64,000 nucleotides of DNA from Hypanus sabinus (lineage: Eukaryota): positions 185,504,001 through 185,568,000 of the forward strand of contig NC_082707.1 in the NCBI RefSeq assembly GCF_030144855.1. Reading direction: 5' to 3'. Positions 37,846-50,462 of the stretch are shown here, in pieces (within the stretch, counting starts at the first letter, position 1; each line of letters opens with the position of its first letter). Both the position numbers and the translations under genes were made by a program. The notes beneath the pieces were generated by a model, which did no database searches, was not told the origin of the DNA, and was given only the letters and a program-made list of their open reading frames with translations.

Positions 37846-39443
37846 CAAACCCCATTTCCAGAAAAGTTGGTATATTTTCCAAAATGCAATAAAAACAAAA
37901 ATTTGTGATATGTTAATTCACGTGAACCTTTATTTAACTGACAAAAGTACAAAGAAAAGATTTTCAATAGTTTTACTGACCAACTTAATTGTATTTTGTA
38001 AATATACACTAATTTAGAATTTGATGGCTGCAGCACACTCAACAAAAGTTGGGACAGAGTTAAAATAAGATTGAAAAGTGAACAGAATATTCAAATAACT
38101 CCAGTTTGGAAGACTCCACATTAAGCAGGCTAATTGGTAGCAGGTGAGGTATCATGACTGGGTATAAAAGTAGTGTCCATCAAAGGCTCAGTCTTTGCAA
38201 GCAAGGATGGGTCGTGGCTCACCCCTTTGTGCCAAAATTCGTGAGAGAATTGTCAGTCAGTTCAAAAGGAACATTTCCCAATGCAAGATTGCAGAGAATT
38301 TAGGTCTTTCAACATCTATAGTACATAATATTGTGAAAAGATTCTGAGAATTCAGAGACATCTCAGTGCGTGAAGGGCAAGGTCGGAAACCACTGTTGAA
38401 TGCGCGTGATCTTCGAGCCCTCAGGCGGCACTGCCTAAGAAACTGTCATGCTACTGTGACAATTATAGCCACCTGGGCTCGGGAGTACTTCAGAAAACCA
38501 TTGTCACTGAATACAGTCCGTCGCTGCATCCAGAAATGCAACTTGAAACTGTATTACGCAAGGAGGAAGCCATACATCAACTCTATGCAGAAACGCCGGT
38601 GAGTTCTCTGGGCCCGAGCTCATCTCAGATGGACCGAAAGACTGTGGAACCATGTGCTGTGGTCAGATGAGTCCACATTTCAGCTAGTTTTCAGAAAAAA
38701 TGGGCGTCGAGTTCTCCATGCCAAAGATGAAAACGACCATCCTGATTGTTATCAGCAAAAGGTGCAAAAGCCAGCATCTGTGATGGTATGTGGGTGCATC
38801 AGTGCCCACGGCATGGGTGAGTTGCATGTATTTGAAGGTATCATTGACTCTGAGGCGTAATTAGGATTTTAGAGAGACATATGTTGCCATCAAGGCGACG
38901 TCTCTTCCAGGGACGTCCATGCTTATTTCAGCAGGACAATGCCAGATCGCATTCTGCCCGGGCTACAGCAGCATGGCTTTGTAGACACAGAGTGCGTGTG
39001 CTTGACTGGCCTGCTGCCAGTCCAGATCTATCTCCTTTTGAAAATGTATGGCGCATCATGAAGAGGAGAATCAGACAACGGAGACCACGTTGAACAGCTG
39101 AAGTCTTATATCAAGCAAGAATGGACAAAATTTCCAATTGCAGATCTACTACAATTAGTACCCTCAGTTCCAAAACAATTAAAAAGTGTTATTAAAAAGA
39201 AAGGTGATGTAACACAATGGTAAACATGCCTCTGTCCCAACTTTTGTTGAGTGTGTTGCAGCCATCAAATTCTAAATCTGTGTGTATTTACAAAATACAA
39301 TTAAGTTGGTCAGTAAAACTATTGAAAATCTTTTCTTTGTACTTTTGTCAGTTAAATAAGGGTTCACGTGAATTAACATATCACAGATTTTTGTTTTTAT
39401 TGCATTTTGGAAAATATACCAACTTTTCTGGAAATGGGGTTTG
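37846..39443 (+). mobile_element. Full-length Tc1 (DD34E) DNA transposon with ~214-bp IR/DR TIRs and TA TSD
   Basis: TA|CAAACCCCATTTCCAGAAAAGTTGG...CCAACTTTTCTGGAAATGGGGTTTG|TA; TIRs 37846-38059 and 39230-39443 differ at ~6 positions by eye. Confidence 0.97.
38207..39223 (+). pseudogene. Tc1 transposase pseudogene
   Basis: MGRGSPLC start; WSDES, QQDNA and SPDLSPFE (34 residues between D and E); in-frame stops at 38345, 38600 and 38858, frameshift near 39090. Confidence 0.95.
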
Positions 39444-40199
39444 TAGATGGATTCAGATTTAGATTAATTTATTACATGAACATTGAACATACAGTGAAAT
39501 GTATTGTTTGTATCCATAACCAACACAACCTAAGGATGTGCTGTGGACAGCCTGCAAGTCTCTCCATTCATTATGCTGCCAACAGAGCAAGGCCACAATG
39601 CTTGACAGAACAACAAAGATCACAAAACAGAACACAACAAGCAACAGTAAAACAACCTCCTTTCTCCATGTGTGTGAGGCCCAGGACAGGCCTCAGAATC
39701 TTTAGTCTCCAGGCTTCAGCCATCAGGCTTCAATTTCCAGACCTGATTGACCTTTGGGCTTCATCTTCAACCTCTGAACTAGCCAGTGACAGGATCCCAA
39801 ACGCCAGGCTCGCTGACTCACCGACCCTTGTGCCTGCTGCTAGTCTGGAAATCCAATCCTGGGACCCACTAATCTGGTTCACCTAATGTCCACGGATGTT
39901 CTTCATCACCCAGCCACATTGCTGGCCTTTGAGCATGGAGTGGACATCTAGACTCTAGATGTTCTTCATCCCATGTTTACCTCACGGCCTTTGAGCACAG
40001 ATATTGATAACCAACAGATTGGATGGTAATTGTGATATATTGCAATTAGAATTGAGCTATATTAGCCATGATCTGTTAAATGCTGGATAGTTCATGTGAA
40101 TGACTTATGATTATGACTTATGGTACATTGTGGAGATAATACAGAGAAGCTTCAAGAGGACATAGACAGGCTAAACATACATCGATTGCAGTCCAAGGA

Positions 40200-40450
40200 T
40201 TGTACTACTGGCAACCCTTAAGTTGCCACATTTCCGGTGCTAACAAGGCATAACTCACTAACCCTAACCGATACATCTTTGGAATGTGAGAGGAAACCAG
40301 AGCACCCAGTGGAAATCCATATAGTTATGGGGAGAACGTATGGACTCCTCACACACAATGGCAGGAATTGAGCCCTGAATGATTTCCCCAATTAATTTTA
40401 CAGCGGATACTATAAATTATTGTGCTAACCTCTACTCTACTGTGCTGCCC
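40200..40450 (-). mobile_element. V-SINE
   Basis: GAGGAAACCAGAGCACCCAGTGGAAATCC..GGGGAGAACGTA..ACTCCT is the V-domain reverse complement. Confidence 0.75.
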
Positions 40451-41169
40451 AGATAGATATTTTACTCCAATTGCATTTCTTGGACTGGTGAAACTGCAAC
40501 TGGCATATTGCACACAGGTCTGGTCTAGAGGGAGTACAGCCATGATTCACCCTGGTTGATCCCTGGCATGGGAGTTATTGTCCTGCTGTGAAAAATTAAG
40601 CAAAATGGGGCTATCCTTTCTGAAGCTGAGAGATCATTTAGTGATCTCTTTGAAACATGTAAATGTATTACAGGACTGAAGGGTGGATGCAAGGTGACAT
40701 TCTCCCTGGTTCTTTAATCCACTTCTGGAGAACTCAGTCTCAGAATAAAGATTGCCACTTAAGATGGAAATGAGAAAAAATTTCTTCTCTTAGAGGGTGG
40801 GGAATCTTTGGAGTTTTTTGCCCAGGGGGGTTGCTGAAGTTCAGTCACTGAATGTCTTCAAAACAGAGATTGATACCTTTATGAATATTAGGTGAACTCA
40901 CATCTACCTGTTTATGGCCTTGCACCTTATTGCCTTCCAGCACTGCACTCTGTAAAGGCAGAACGGAGGACATACAATATTACAAAATTTAACAGGCGGT
41001 TAGGTGATTGGGATGTTTTAAAAAAGACAGCCAAATTCAACTATAGAAGCTACAAGGGGTGAAGAGATGAAGCATGAAGGTAACTAGCCAATGAGTAGGT
41101 TCCATGGTCGGCACAACATTGTGGGCCGAAGGGCGTGTTGAGTACTGTATATTTTCTATGTTCTATTAG

Positions 41170-43500
41170 TAATATAAAATAGGATACCAGAGTATTTTTC
41201 CAGGTATGCAAAAAGTAAAAGAGAGGCAAGAGTGGATATGGACTGCTGGTGAAAGATGCTGGAGAGGTAGTATTGGGGAAGACAGAAATAGCAGAGTAAC
41301 AAAATGAATATTTTGTGTCAGTCTTCCCTGTGGGAAACACCAGCATCATGCCAGAAATGAAAGAGTGTCAGGGGGCAGAAGTGAGTGTAGTCACTATTAC
41401 TCAGAAGAAGCTGCTTGGTCTAAAGGGATGGGGCACCTGGACCAGATGGACTATATCCCTGGGTTCTGAAAGAGGTAGCTGAAGAGATTGTGGAAGCATT
41501 AGTAGTAATCTTTCAAGAATCACTAGAGGTATGAATGGTTCCAGAGGACTGGAAAATGATAAACATCACTCCACTCTTTAAAAGGGGAGGGAGGCAAAAG
41601 AAGGGAAATTAATAGACCAAGAAGCCTGAATTCAGTTGCATAAATTTTAGAGTCCGTTATTAAGTATGAGGTGTTGGAAGCACATGTGAAAATTGGTGAA
41701 AGTCAGCATTAAATCTGCCTTAAATTTCCCTTATGGGGAGATTATGCCTGACAAATCTGTTGGATTTCTTTGAGGAATTTCCAAGTAGATTTGACAAAGG
41801 AGAGTCGGTAGATATTTTCTGAGCTTTCAGAAGGCATTTGACTAGGTGCTGCATATGAGCCTGTTAAACAAGATAAGAGCCCATGGTATTACAGAAAATA
41901 TACTAGCATGGATAGAAGATTGGCAGACTGTGAAATAAAGGAAGCCTTTTCTGGTTGGCTGCTCTTGATGAGTGGCCTCTACAAGGGTTGATGTTGAGTC
42001 AGCATCTTTTCACATTATACGTTAATGATTTGGATGACTGAGTTCATGGTTTTATGGTCAGGGGTTTGTGGGTGATACAAGGATAGGTGGAGAGGCAGGT
42101 GATGTTAAAGAAACCGGGAGTCTGCAGGATTTGGACAAGTTGGAAAAGTAGTTAAAGAAATGGCTGATGGAATACAGTGTAGGAAAATGTATGACAATGC
42201 ACTTGGGTAGAAGGAATAAAGGCACAGACTATTTTCTATATGAAAAGAGAATTTGGCAATTGGAGACCCAAAAGGGGAACTTGAGAGCCTTAGTGCAAGT
42301 TTCTCCAAAGGTTGAATTGCAGGTTGAGAAGAGAAGTAAGGCAGGCAAATGTATTGTTAGCATTCATTTCAAGAGGAGTAGGATATGAAAGCAACAATGT
42401 AAAGGTGAGTCTTTATAAAGCATTTCATTTGGAATATTGTGAGCAGTTTGGGCCCACATCTAGGAAGGTTGTGCTGGCATTGGAGAGCCTCCAGAGCATG
42501 TTAGCTCTTGAAGGTTAGCATTTGAAGACTTGCCGGAGTTCAGAAGAAATTAGAATCAGATTGAGGTTTATTATCACCGGCGTGTGTCATGAAATTTGTT
42601 AATTTAGCAGCAGCAGTTCCATATAATACATAATATAGAAGAAAAAATAATAATAAATCAGTAAATTAATTACACTATGGATATATTGAACAGATTAAAA
42701 ATTGTGCAAAAAACAAATAATATATTTAAAGAAGTGAGGTAGTGTTCACGAGTTCAATGTCCATTTCGGAATCGGGTGGCAGAGGGAAAGATGCTATTTC
42801 TGAATCGCTGAGTGTGTCCCTTCAGGCTTCTGTACCTCCTACCTGATAGTAACAGTGAGAAAAGGACATGCCCTGGGTGCTGGGGGTCCTTAATAATGGA
42901 CGCTGCCTTTCTGAGACACCACTCCTTGAAGATGTCCTGGGTACTTTGTAAGCTAGAACCCAAGATGGAGCTGACAAAATTTACAAACCTCTGCAGCTTC
43001 TTTAGGTCCTGTCCCCCCCCCCCCCCCCCCCCAATATCAGACAGTGATGCAGCCTGTCAGAATGCTATCCATGGTACATCTATAGAAGTTTTTGAGTGTG
43101 CTTGTTAATATACTCAAACTCCTAATGAAGGATGGTGGTTGCAGGAAACTCATTGCAGCCTACCAAATCTTAAGAGGCCTGGAAAGGATCAGATTAGAGA
43201 GAATCTTTTCAATAGTGGGAGAGTCTAGGATGAGAGGGCATAGCCCCAGAATAAAAGAGATGAGGAGGCATTTCTTTAGCCAGAGTGTGGTGAATCATTG
43301 CCACAGGCAGCAGTGGAGGCCAAGTCATTAGGTGTATTTAAAATAGAGTTTGGTAGGTCCTTGGTTAGAAAGGGCAACATAGACTATGGGGCGAAGGCAG
43401 GAGGATGGGGCTGAGAAGGAATAATAAATCAGCCAAGATTGAATGGCAGAGTAGATGTGACAGGCCAAATAGCATAATTCTTTTATGTTTTGTGGTCTTT
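41170..43500 (+). mobile_element. CR1 LINE ORF2 remnant interrupted by a REX1/Babar fragment
   Basis: PGPDGL.P.VLKEVA, VPEDWK, FQKAFD, HLEYCEQF motifs; resumes at ~43145. Confidence 0.9.
42550..43130 (-). mobile_element. REX1/Babar non-LTR 3' fragment
   Basis: ORF 42754-42963 CLRKAASIIKDPQHPGHVLFSLLLSGRRYRSL..RFRNSIFPSA. Confidence 0.85.
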
Positions 43501-44189
43501 CAATGTAACTGTAGCACCTTATGAGCATCCTGTTATTGTTTTCCTTTGTGCTTTCTCAATGCACTGTTGTAATGAAATGATCTGTATTCTTGGGATGCAA
43601 AACAATGTCTTCACTGCACCTCAGTGCATGTGACACTAATATTCCTATTGAAGTGAATTGGGAAGTTTGGAATTAGACAGAAAAGGGCTGAAATAACACA
43701 TTAGCCATGATTTTATTGAATGGGATAGCAGGCAGGAGAGGCTGAATGGCTTACCTGTATTTTTTTTCTGTTTGGTAAAAGGATTCTCATCTTATTTGGT
43801 TCCATTTTGCATATTACAAGCACCATGTTTTACAACAGATTTGAAAATAACGAGATCCCAGATCTCTCAGTTGACAGCATTGTGTCCTAACAGGTCTCTG
43901 TGTTGAAGTGAAAATATTTTGTATGATACTGTGCTGTTTCCTTGAGGGCTCATTTTATTTGAAGTACCTGAATATTAAACACCAAGCTGCATGATATCAG
44001 AGTATTCATTTAAAAAGCTTCTGACTGTGCACTGAGCACACCAGGGAAAAAAAAAAATTATATTTAATCCTACTGTATGTCAAAAACACTGTAAAGTTTA
44101 CAGTGGTTTATTTGGTTGCCACAGTGATGGATGGGTGTGATCGAATTTGGCTATCCAACAGCACATAAGAATGTTCTGTGTAATTCAGC

Positions 44190-45040
44190 ATAAGACATAG
44201 GAACAGAATTAGGCCATTCAGCCCATTGAGTCTGCTGCACCATCCCATCATGGATGATCTATTATTCTTCTCAACCCCATTCTCCTGCCCTCTCCCCATA
44301 AACTCTTATGCCCTGACTAACCAAGAACCTATCAACCTCTGCTTTAAGTATACTCAATGACTTGGCCTCCACAGCCGTCCATGGCAATGAATCCCACAGA
44401 TTCACCACCTTCTGGCTGAAGAAATTCCTTCTTATCTCTGTTCTTAATGGACATTCCCCTATGCTGAGGCTGTGCCCTCTGGTCATAGATTCACCAACTA
44501 TAGGAAACATTCTGGTTGACCATCAATGTGAAGCCCTAGCTATCTACATGATAAGCTAATCAGTACACAGCCAGGGCAGTACGATACGGAGAACAAGCTG
44601 TTGCCAGTGCAGCAGGTTCCCCCTCTCCACACAAAGGAATAGCAGCGGCCAATACAATTTGGTGCCAGTGATGTCACAGGAGATGCCAGTCAGTGTTGAA
44701 CTCAACATCGGACTGCCGTAGGAACTCCAGCTCCGGATTTTTCCTTGAGGCTTACTCCTAAAGCCTTTCCCATGAGGAGGTATAGCCACAAGGCAGTAGA
44801 GATTTAAGATCAGAGTTTTGCTTCTCCTCTGATGAGCTGACAACCATGGCTGAGGAGACCCATCTGCCCGCCACTCTATTTAGACCTTTCAATATTCAAT
44901 AGGTTTTAGTGAGATCCCCCCCCCGTTTCTCTAAACTCCAGCAAGTACAGGCCCAAAGTCATCAAATACTCCTTGTACGCTACTGCTTTCCATCTGGAAT
45001 AACACTCGTGAAACTCCTCCAGACACTCTCCAGTGCTCAC
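44190..45040 (-). mobile_element. CR1 3' fragment with a ~340-bp insertion (~44530-44870) resembling an RTE-clade 5' UTR
   Basis: RRNFFSQKVVNLWDSLP; insert minus strand GGGCAGATGG..CTC.TCAGCC..GGAGAAG.AAAACTCTGA recalls RTE 5' UTRs (family call from memory, uncertain). Confidence 0.6.
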
Positions 45041-46004
45041 ACAATTCACTATTGTGCACTTTTATGCAAATGATAAGCAAAAAAAATACTTTGTCATCCT
45101 TTATGTTACAGCCATTCTTCCTCGTATAGAGCATGAATTTCAAATTGGGAGGTTAAATAAACATTGTTATATTGCAGAATCCTTTTTCATTTAAACCAAA
45201 GCTTGGTTTATAGATCAAGATGGCGCTGGAAAGCCCCACTCCCTCCCCCAAAAAGGACATCTTCAAATGTGAATGCCTCAGAAAAGCAACATCCATCATT
45301 ATGGACTCCCACTATCCAGGACATGCTCCCTTCCTTTAACTACCAGGGAAAAGATCTAGGAGCTAAAGGAACAACTCCTTCCCTTCTGCTGCCAGATTTC
45401 TGAATGGTCCATGATCCCATGAACACTACCTTATTATTTTGCTCTCTTTTTGCACTACTGATTTATTTTTAATGTTTGTTTTTGAAGTGTAATTTATATA
45501 TTTAATTTATTATGCTGCTGCTGCTGCAAGACAACAAACTTAACAACGTGCATCAGTGATGATAATTCTGATAATCCTCAGGATCTTAATTCAACAGCTG
45601 GTTAAAAGGAATCATGTTTCAAAATAAATGTGTTCTGCCCTTGAGTAATTCCCGAGGAAGTTCACGAGAATAATCCCGAGAATGAAAGAGTTAACTCATG
45701 AGGAGTGTTTGATGGCTCTAGGCCATCAGAAGGGGGAGGAGCCCATTGAAACCTATCAAATATTGAAAGGCCTAGATAGAGTGGATATGGAAAGCATGTT
45801 GCATTTTCTGGGGAGTCTCAGAACAGAGCACAGCTTCAGAATACAAGGACATTGTTTTAGAACAGAGATGAGAGGAATTTCTTTTGCCAAAGGGTGGTGA
45901 TTCTGTGGAATTCATTGCCATAGGGAAAAAAGCATGGAACTTTTGAGATCAGTGAAGAAGCCTTCATCAAGTGCTGCCGATATTGCTCTTCTAACCTATG
46001 ACAT

Positions 46005-46312
46005 GATAGTGTAGCGGTTAATGTAATACTTTACAGTGCCAGCAATGGCAGTTCAGTTCCCTCTGCTGTCCGTAAGGAGTTAACAAGTTCTTCCCGTGAC
46101 TAGGAAGGTTTCCTCTGGGTGTTCCAGTTTTGTCCCATATTCCAAACAGTTGTGGGAATGCTATGTTGGTGCTGGAAGAATGGTTACACTTGCAGGCTGC
46201 CTCCCAGCACATCCTCGGATTATGTTGGCTGTGATACAAACGGCGCATTTCACTATGAGGGTGTTTTGATGTTTCAATGCACATGTGACGAATAAAGGCC
46301 ATCTTTAATCTT
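46005..46312 (+). mobile_element. V-SINE
   Basis: GTGTAGCGGTTA head, CGTAAGGAGTT..GTTCT V-domain, GTGACGAATAAAG.CCATCTT tail. Confidence 0.75.
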
Positions 46313-46517
46313 TTCTCTGCCAATATATGTATCAGCTATTCACTCAGTTGCCACTTATGGCCCTTATTTTCTGAAAGTTGATGAAGGGGAAAATAAGGAC
46401 CTTTTTAGAAATGTACATAATCATGAGGGCCATAGGCTGAATGTATACAGTCATTTTCACAGGGAAAGGGAATCAAAAAGTAGAGGGGATGGACTAAGGT
46501 GAGATTAGAAATACTTA

Positions 46518-46734
46518 CAACCCACACAAAATGCTGGTGGAACACAGCAGACCAGGCAGCATCTATAAGGAGAAGCACTGTCGACATTTTGGGCTGAAAC
46601 CCTGACGAAGGGTCTTAGCCTGAAATGTCGACAGTGCTTCTCCTTATAGATGCTGCCTGTCCTGCTGTGTTCCACCAGCATTTTGTGTGTGTTGTTTGAA
46701 TTTCCAGCATCTGCAGATTTCCTCATGTTTGCTC
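46518..46734 (+). mobile_element. 217-bp non-coding fold-back Penelope-pLTR element with hammerhead core and 13-bp TSD
   Basis: TSD TTAGAAATACTTA at 46505-46517 and 46735-46747; arms 46518-46603 and 46609-46694; CTGACGA at 46602, GAAA at 46622. Confidence 0.9.
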
Positions 46735-46934
46735 TTAGAAATACTTAAAAGGGTCTTGAGGGGCAACTTCCTCAACAGTGGGTGGTTTGAATATGGAACA
46801 ACCTGCCCTCGGATGGTTGGAGCAGGCACATTAATGACATTTAAAAGACTCTTGGGTAAGTACGTGGATAGGAAACATTTAGGGGGTACGGGCCAAACAT
46901 AGCCATACTGGACTAGCTTAAACAGAAGAAATTC

Positions 46935-47430
46935 TAAGGATGCTGCAATTCTTGAGCCACATACACAAAACGCTGGAGGAACTTGCAGAACCTGCAGCAA
47001 AATGCAGGTCAGGTAGCATCTATGGAGAGGAATAAACAGTCAACATTTTGAGCCGAGACTCTTCATCAGGACCGAGAAGGAAAGGGGCATAAGGCAGAAC
47101 AAATAGGTGGGGGGAGAGGAAGGAGTACAAGCTGGCATATGATAGGTGAGACCAGGAAGGTGGGTGAATGGGGAGGAGTAGTAGGAGCTGAAAGTAGTAG
47201 TAGGATAGCTGAAAGTGAAGGAATCTGATAGGTGAAGACCATGGATCATTGAAGAGGCAAGAAGAGGAGGGACATCTGAGGGAGGTGATGGGCAGATGAG
47301 GAGGAGATGAGGGGTGACAGGGGAGCCAGATTGGTAAATAGAAAAAAGAGAGAGAATGGAAAAAGGGACAAATTACCAGAAGCTGGGGAAATTGATGTGC
47401 ATACCTCCCTGTTGAGGCTACTAAGATGGG
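46935..47430 (-). mobile_element. Penelope-like 3' fragment with hammerhead variant at 47037-47072
   Basis: pLTR + purine-rich UTR + GIY-YIG tail; minus strand GTC-CTGATGA-A-GAGTCTCGGCTC-AAAA. Confidence 0.7.
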
Positions 47431-49089
47431 ATTAGCTTAGATGGGCATGCTGATCACAAGGCCTGTGTCTGTGCTTTATTACTCTTATTCTGTAACTATA
47501 CTTTTAATCTCTGTGTACCCACCGCAGTCTCCTAGGAAAATTCATTTTATCTAGTCAGTCTCAGTCATGCTCATGCTGTTATATTTGTCATCAATGCTTC
47601 TTCTCTCAGCAATATGTTCTAGATTTACATTTGTGGGCTGTGGGCCTGCTTCGGATGCTCTGGGCTTCTTGTCTGTGGACTCACCTTTGTTCTAAGTGCT
47701 ATTTGCTTACTTTTATCGTTTGTATAATTTGTTTTTTTCTCTCTCTGTGCATATTGGGTATTTGTCTGTTTTCTTTTATGTGTTCTTTTGGGTTTCTTCT
47801 TTTGTAGCTGCCTCTAAGGAGACAAATCTTAAAGGTTACATACTTTGATAATAAATGTACTTTGAACTTTGAAATCTCTGGAAATTAAAGACAGTAAATA
47901 CTAAGTTGCCTTTTGTCACTTTAGCAAATGCCTATATTTACTGTGGAAGTCTATATTTTGTATTTATTTTGATCAATTGTATCAAATTGTTGCATTAATT
48001 TGCTCCTCTGGTTAAACTTGATTTACTGAAGTAACATTCCAACAGCAACAGATAGCTGCTCCCATAATCACAAGACATTGTGAAGTATGATACAGTGTTC
48101 ACTACTTGAATTTGTTCAAGAGATTTGCAATATAAAAAGAAGTCAAGATACTGGAAATGTTTAGTAGGAATATTTGCATTACAAGAGAAAAAGATAAAGT
48201 AGATGTTTCAGTCAGAGATCCTTTATCAGAGCAAGAAGATAAATGCCTTTTGAGTGCTATCATAATCAAGGCACTGAACCGAAAATTTGAAAATTGTAGA
48301 ATTAGGCTCATGTATTGAAAATCATTGCCACTTTGCAGCACTAGGTAAATGTTTTTTTTCTATTGGTTGCATTGGTTGAGTTTTGGTTACAGTCTGGATT
48401 AAAATGAATGCTTTTTATAACTCAGGTATGCACATGCAAAGCATTTTTGTCCTTTTCCCTTACAAAAAGATTGAATGCTGTTTTCTGACCATCATAATAT
48501 ATGGTTAGCGGTCAGATATGTGCCATTTTTTCCTCCTGAAATAGTGGGTTAAGCTATGTGCAAATGGGTTCGGTTGTTTCTTTCATTTTTCTCGTGCATT
48601 TATTATGACTTCATTTAAGTTAGTATTTTACATTGAGAGTGGGCAGAATGAATCTATGGATCATTGGGAACAGACAACATCAATAACCTGCCTTAAGAAC
48701 TGTTTTTGCAAATTATTTGAGCTATGGAAAAAGCAATCCAGAAAACTATAGTGCAGTCTTTATCAATTACAGCACAAATAAAGAAAAGCTAACATAACAC
48801 AGAGCAGGGGTTTACTGTTTGATAGCTTTAAAGCTCAATTTCAATAATCTGCCATCCTGTGAGTCAGACTCTTGTTGGAAACATCACTTAAATGCTTTAA
48901 CAGTGCATAAACCATTGTTTGACCTTGTTGCATCATTGTATATTGCTCCTCATGTGTAGTTTTTCTTTCTGGGACAGATATGACTGCTAATTAAATTATA
49001 CAGCACTGACGATCAATAACAGGTTTTCCTTGGAGTGCAGAGAACAGTGAACCAAAGGAAGTACTGTATATTAGAAAGAGTCTAATTCC

Positions 49090-49217
49090 TAAAGAGATTT
49101 TGCAGGTGCTGGAAATCCAGGGTAACACACACAAAATGCTGCAGGAACTTAGCGGAACAGGAATAATGGAAAGGAATAAAGAGTCAATGTTTCAGATTGA
49201 GACCCTTCATCAGGACT
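49090..49217 (-). mobile_element. Solitary Penelope pLTR with degenerate hammerhead
   Basis: Minus strand AGTC-CTGATGA-AGGGTCTCAATCT-GAAAC-ATT-GACT. Confidence 0.7.
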
Positions 49218-49411
49218 GACTAAATTTCTAAAGACCATCTTATTCTGACCACATTCAAAGTATTATAAAAGCATGAAGAACATTCATCTTGACGTGTTTT
49301 AGAACTGCTTACAGTAACTGATTTCTCAGAATCAGGTTTATTATCAGTGACGTTTGTTAACTTTAGCAGCAATTCAATGCAGTACCTGATAAGTAAATCA
49401 ATTACAGTAAG

Positions 49412-49443
<32 letters not shown>

Positions 49444-49449
49444 TATATA
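49412..49449. repeat. (TA)n microsatellite
   Basis: Direct reading. Confidence 0.95.
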
Positions 49450-50336
49450 ATATGTACATTAAATAGATTAAAATGAGTGCAAAAGAAATCACTATTCAAC
49501 AGGAGAAAGCAAATTATCAATTTATATTGAAAAGCTGCATGATTAAAGCTTGAAGAGAAGTCAAAAGTAATATATTTTGGTTAAAAAAAAAGTATAGATT
49601 GATTCTTAGGGAAGGAGGTACAGTTGCCTTTGGTCCCACACTACCAAGTTCAGAAACAGTTATTATCTTTCAACCATTTGGCTTCTGAACCAGTGTAAAT
49701 AACCTGATTCCACAGGTTAAGGTTTCACTTTGAAGGACTCTACAACTCATGTTTATACAAACAACAATATTGTTTGTTTATATGTTTATTTATTTATTTA
49801 TGTATTTTCACAGTTTGTCTATTGCATATTGGTTGTTTCTCTGCATTTGTGTGTAGTTTGCCATTGGTTATATTGTGTATTTCTTTGTCTTACTGTCAAT
49901 GCCTGCAAGAAACTGGATTGCAAGCTGGAATATGACGACATTTATGTACTTGGATAATAGGTTTACTTCGAACTTTTGCGCTTTGGTTTAAAAATAGTCA
50001 AATATTTTCTGGATCTGAATACTGCATTTAAGCCTGTGAAGGCTTAGTCATTATGTAGTAGAGATTTACATGAATGATCCTATGAATGAAGAACTTCAGT
50101 TGTATGGATCAACTGGTGACATTCAGGTTTTTCTCATTAGTGGAAATGGATTGAGAAATGTTTTAATATAAATATTTAATAACATGAAGAAATCTAAATA
50201 AGGATAAACTATTTCCATTGGGCTCAGGACAACAAATGTCTCTGAAAGAATTCACTTCTGACAGACTGGTGGAGGCAAGACTACTGGAAGTGGAATTAAC
50301 TGTGTTTCATTAATTACACAGTCAGTGTAGCTTTAT

Positions 50337-50462
50337 AAACACGAGACTCTGCAGATGCTGGAAGTCCAGAGTAACACACACAAAGTGTGGGATGAACTCA
50401 ACAAGTCAAGCAGCATTGATGGAAAGGAATAAACAGTTCTGGGCTGAGCCCTTCATCAGGAT
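50337..50462 (-). mobile_element. Solitary Penelope pLTR, partial hammerhead
   Basis: AAACACGAGACTCTGCAGATGCTGG..CCCTTCATCAGGA. Confidence 0.7.

Noticed and set aside
37605-38045. Near-identical ORFs at 37605-38045 (-) and 39217-39462 (+)
   Set aside because: Artefact of translating the two Tc1 TIRs.
44826-44862. Plus-strand CTGATGAG followed by a weak stem as a further hammerhead
   Set aside because: No GAAA box or stem III after the helix.
48340-49080. AT-rich unique tracts (also ~24200-24800, 26700-27700, 50700-51000) with TAAT clusters as conserved enhancers
   Set aside because: Plausible, but cannot be supported without cross-species alignment.
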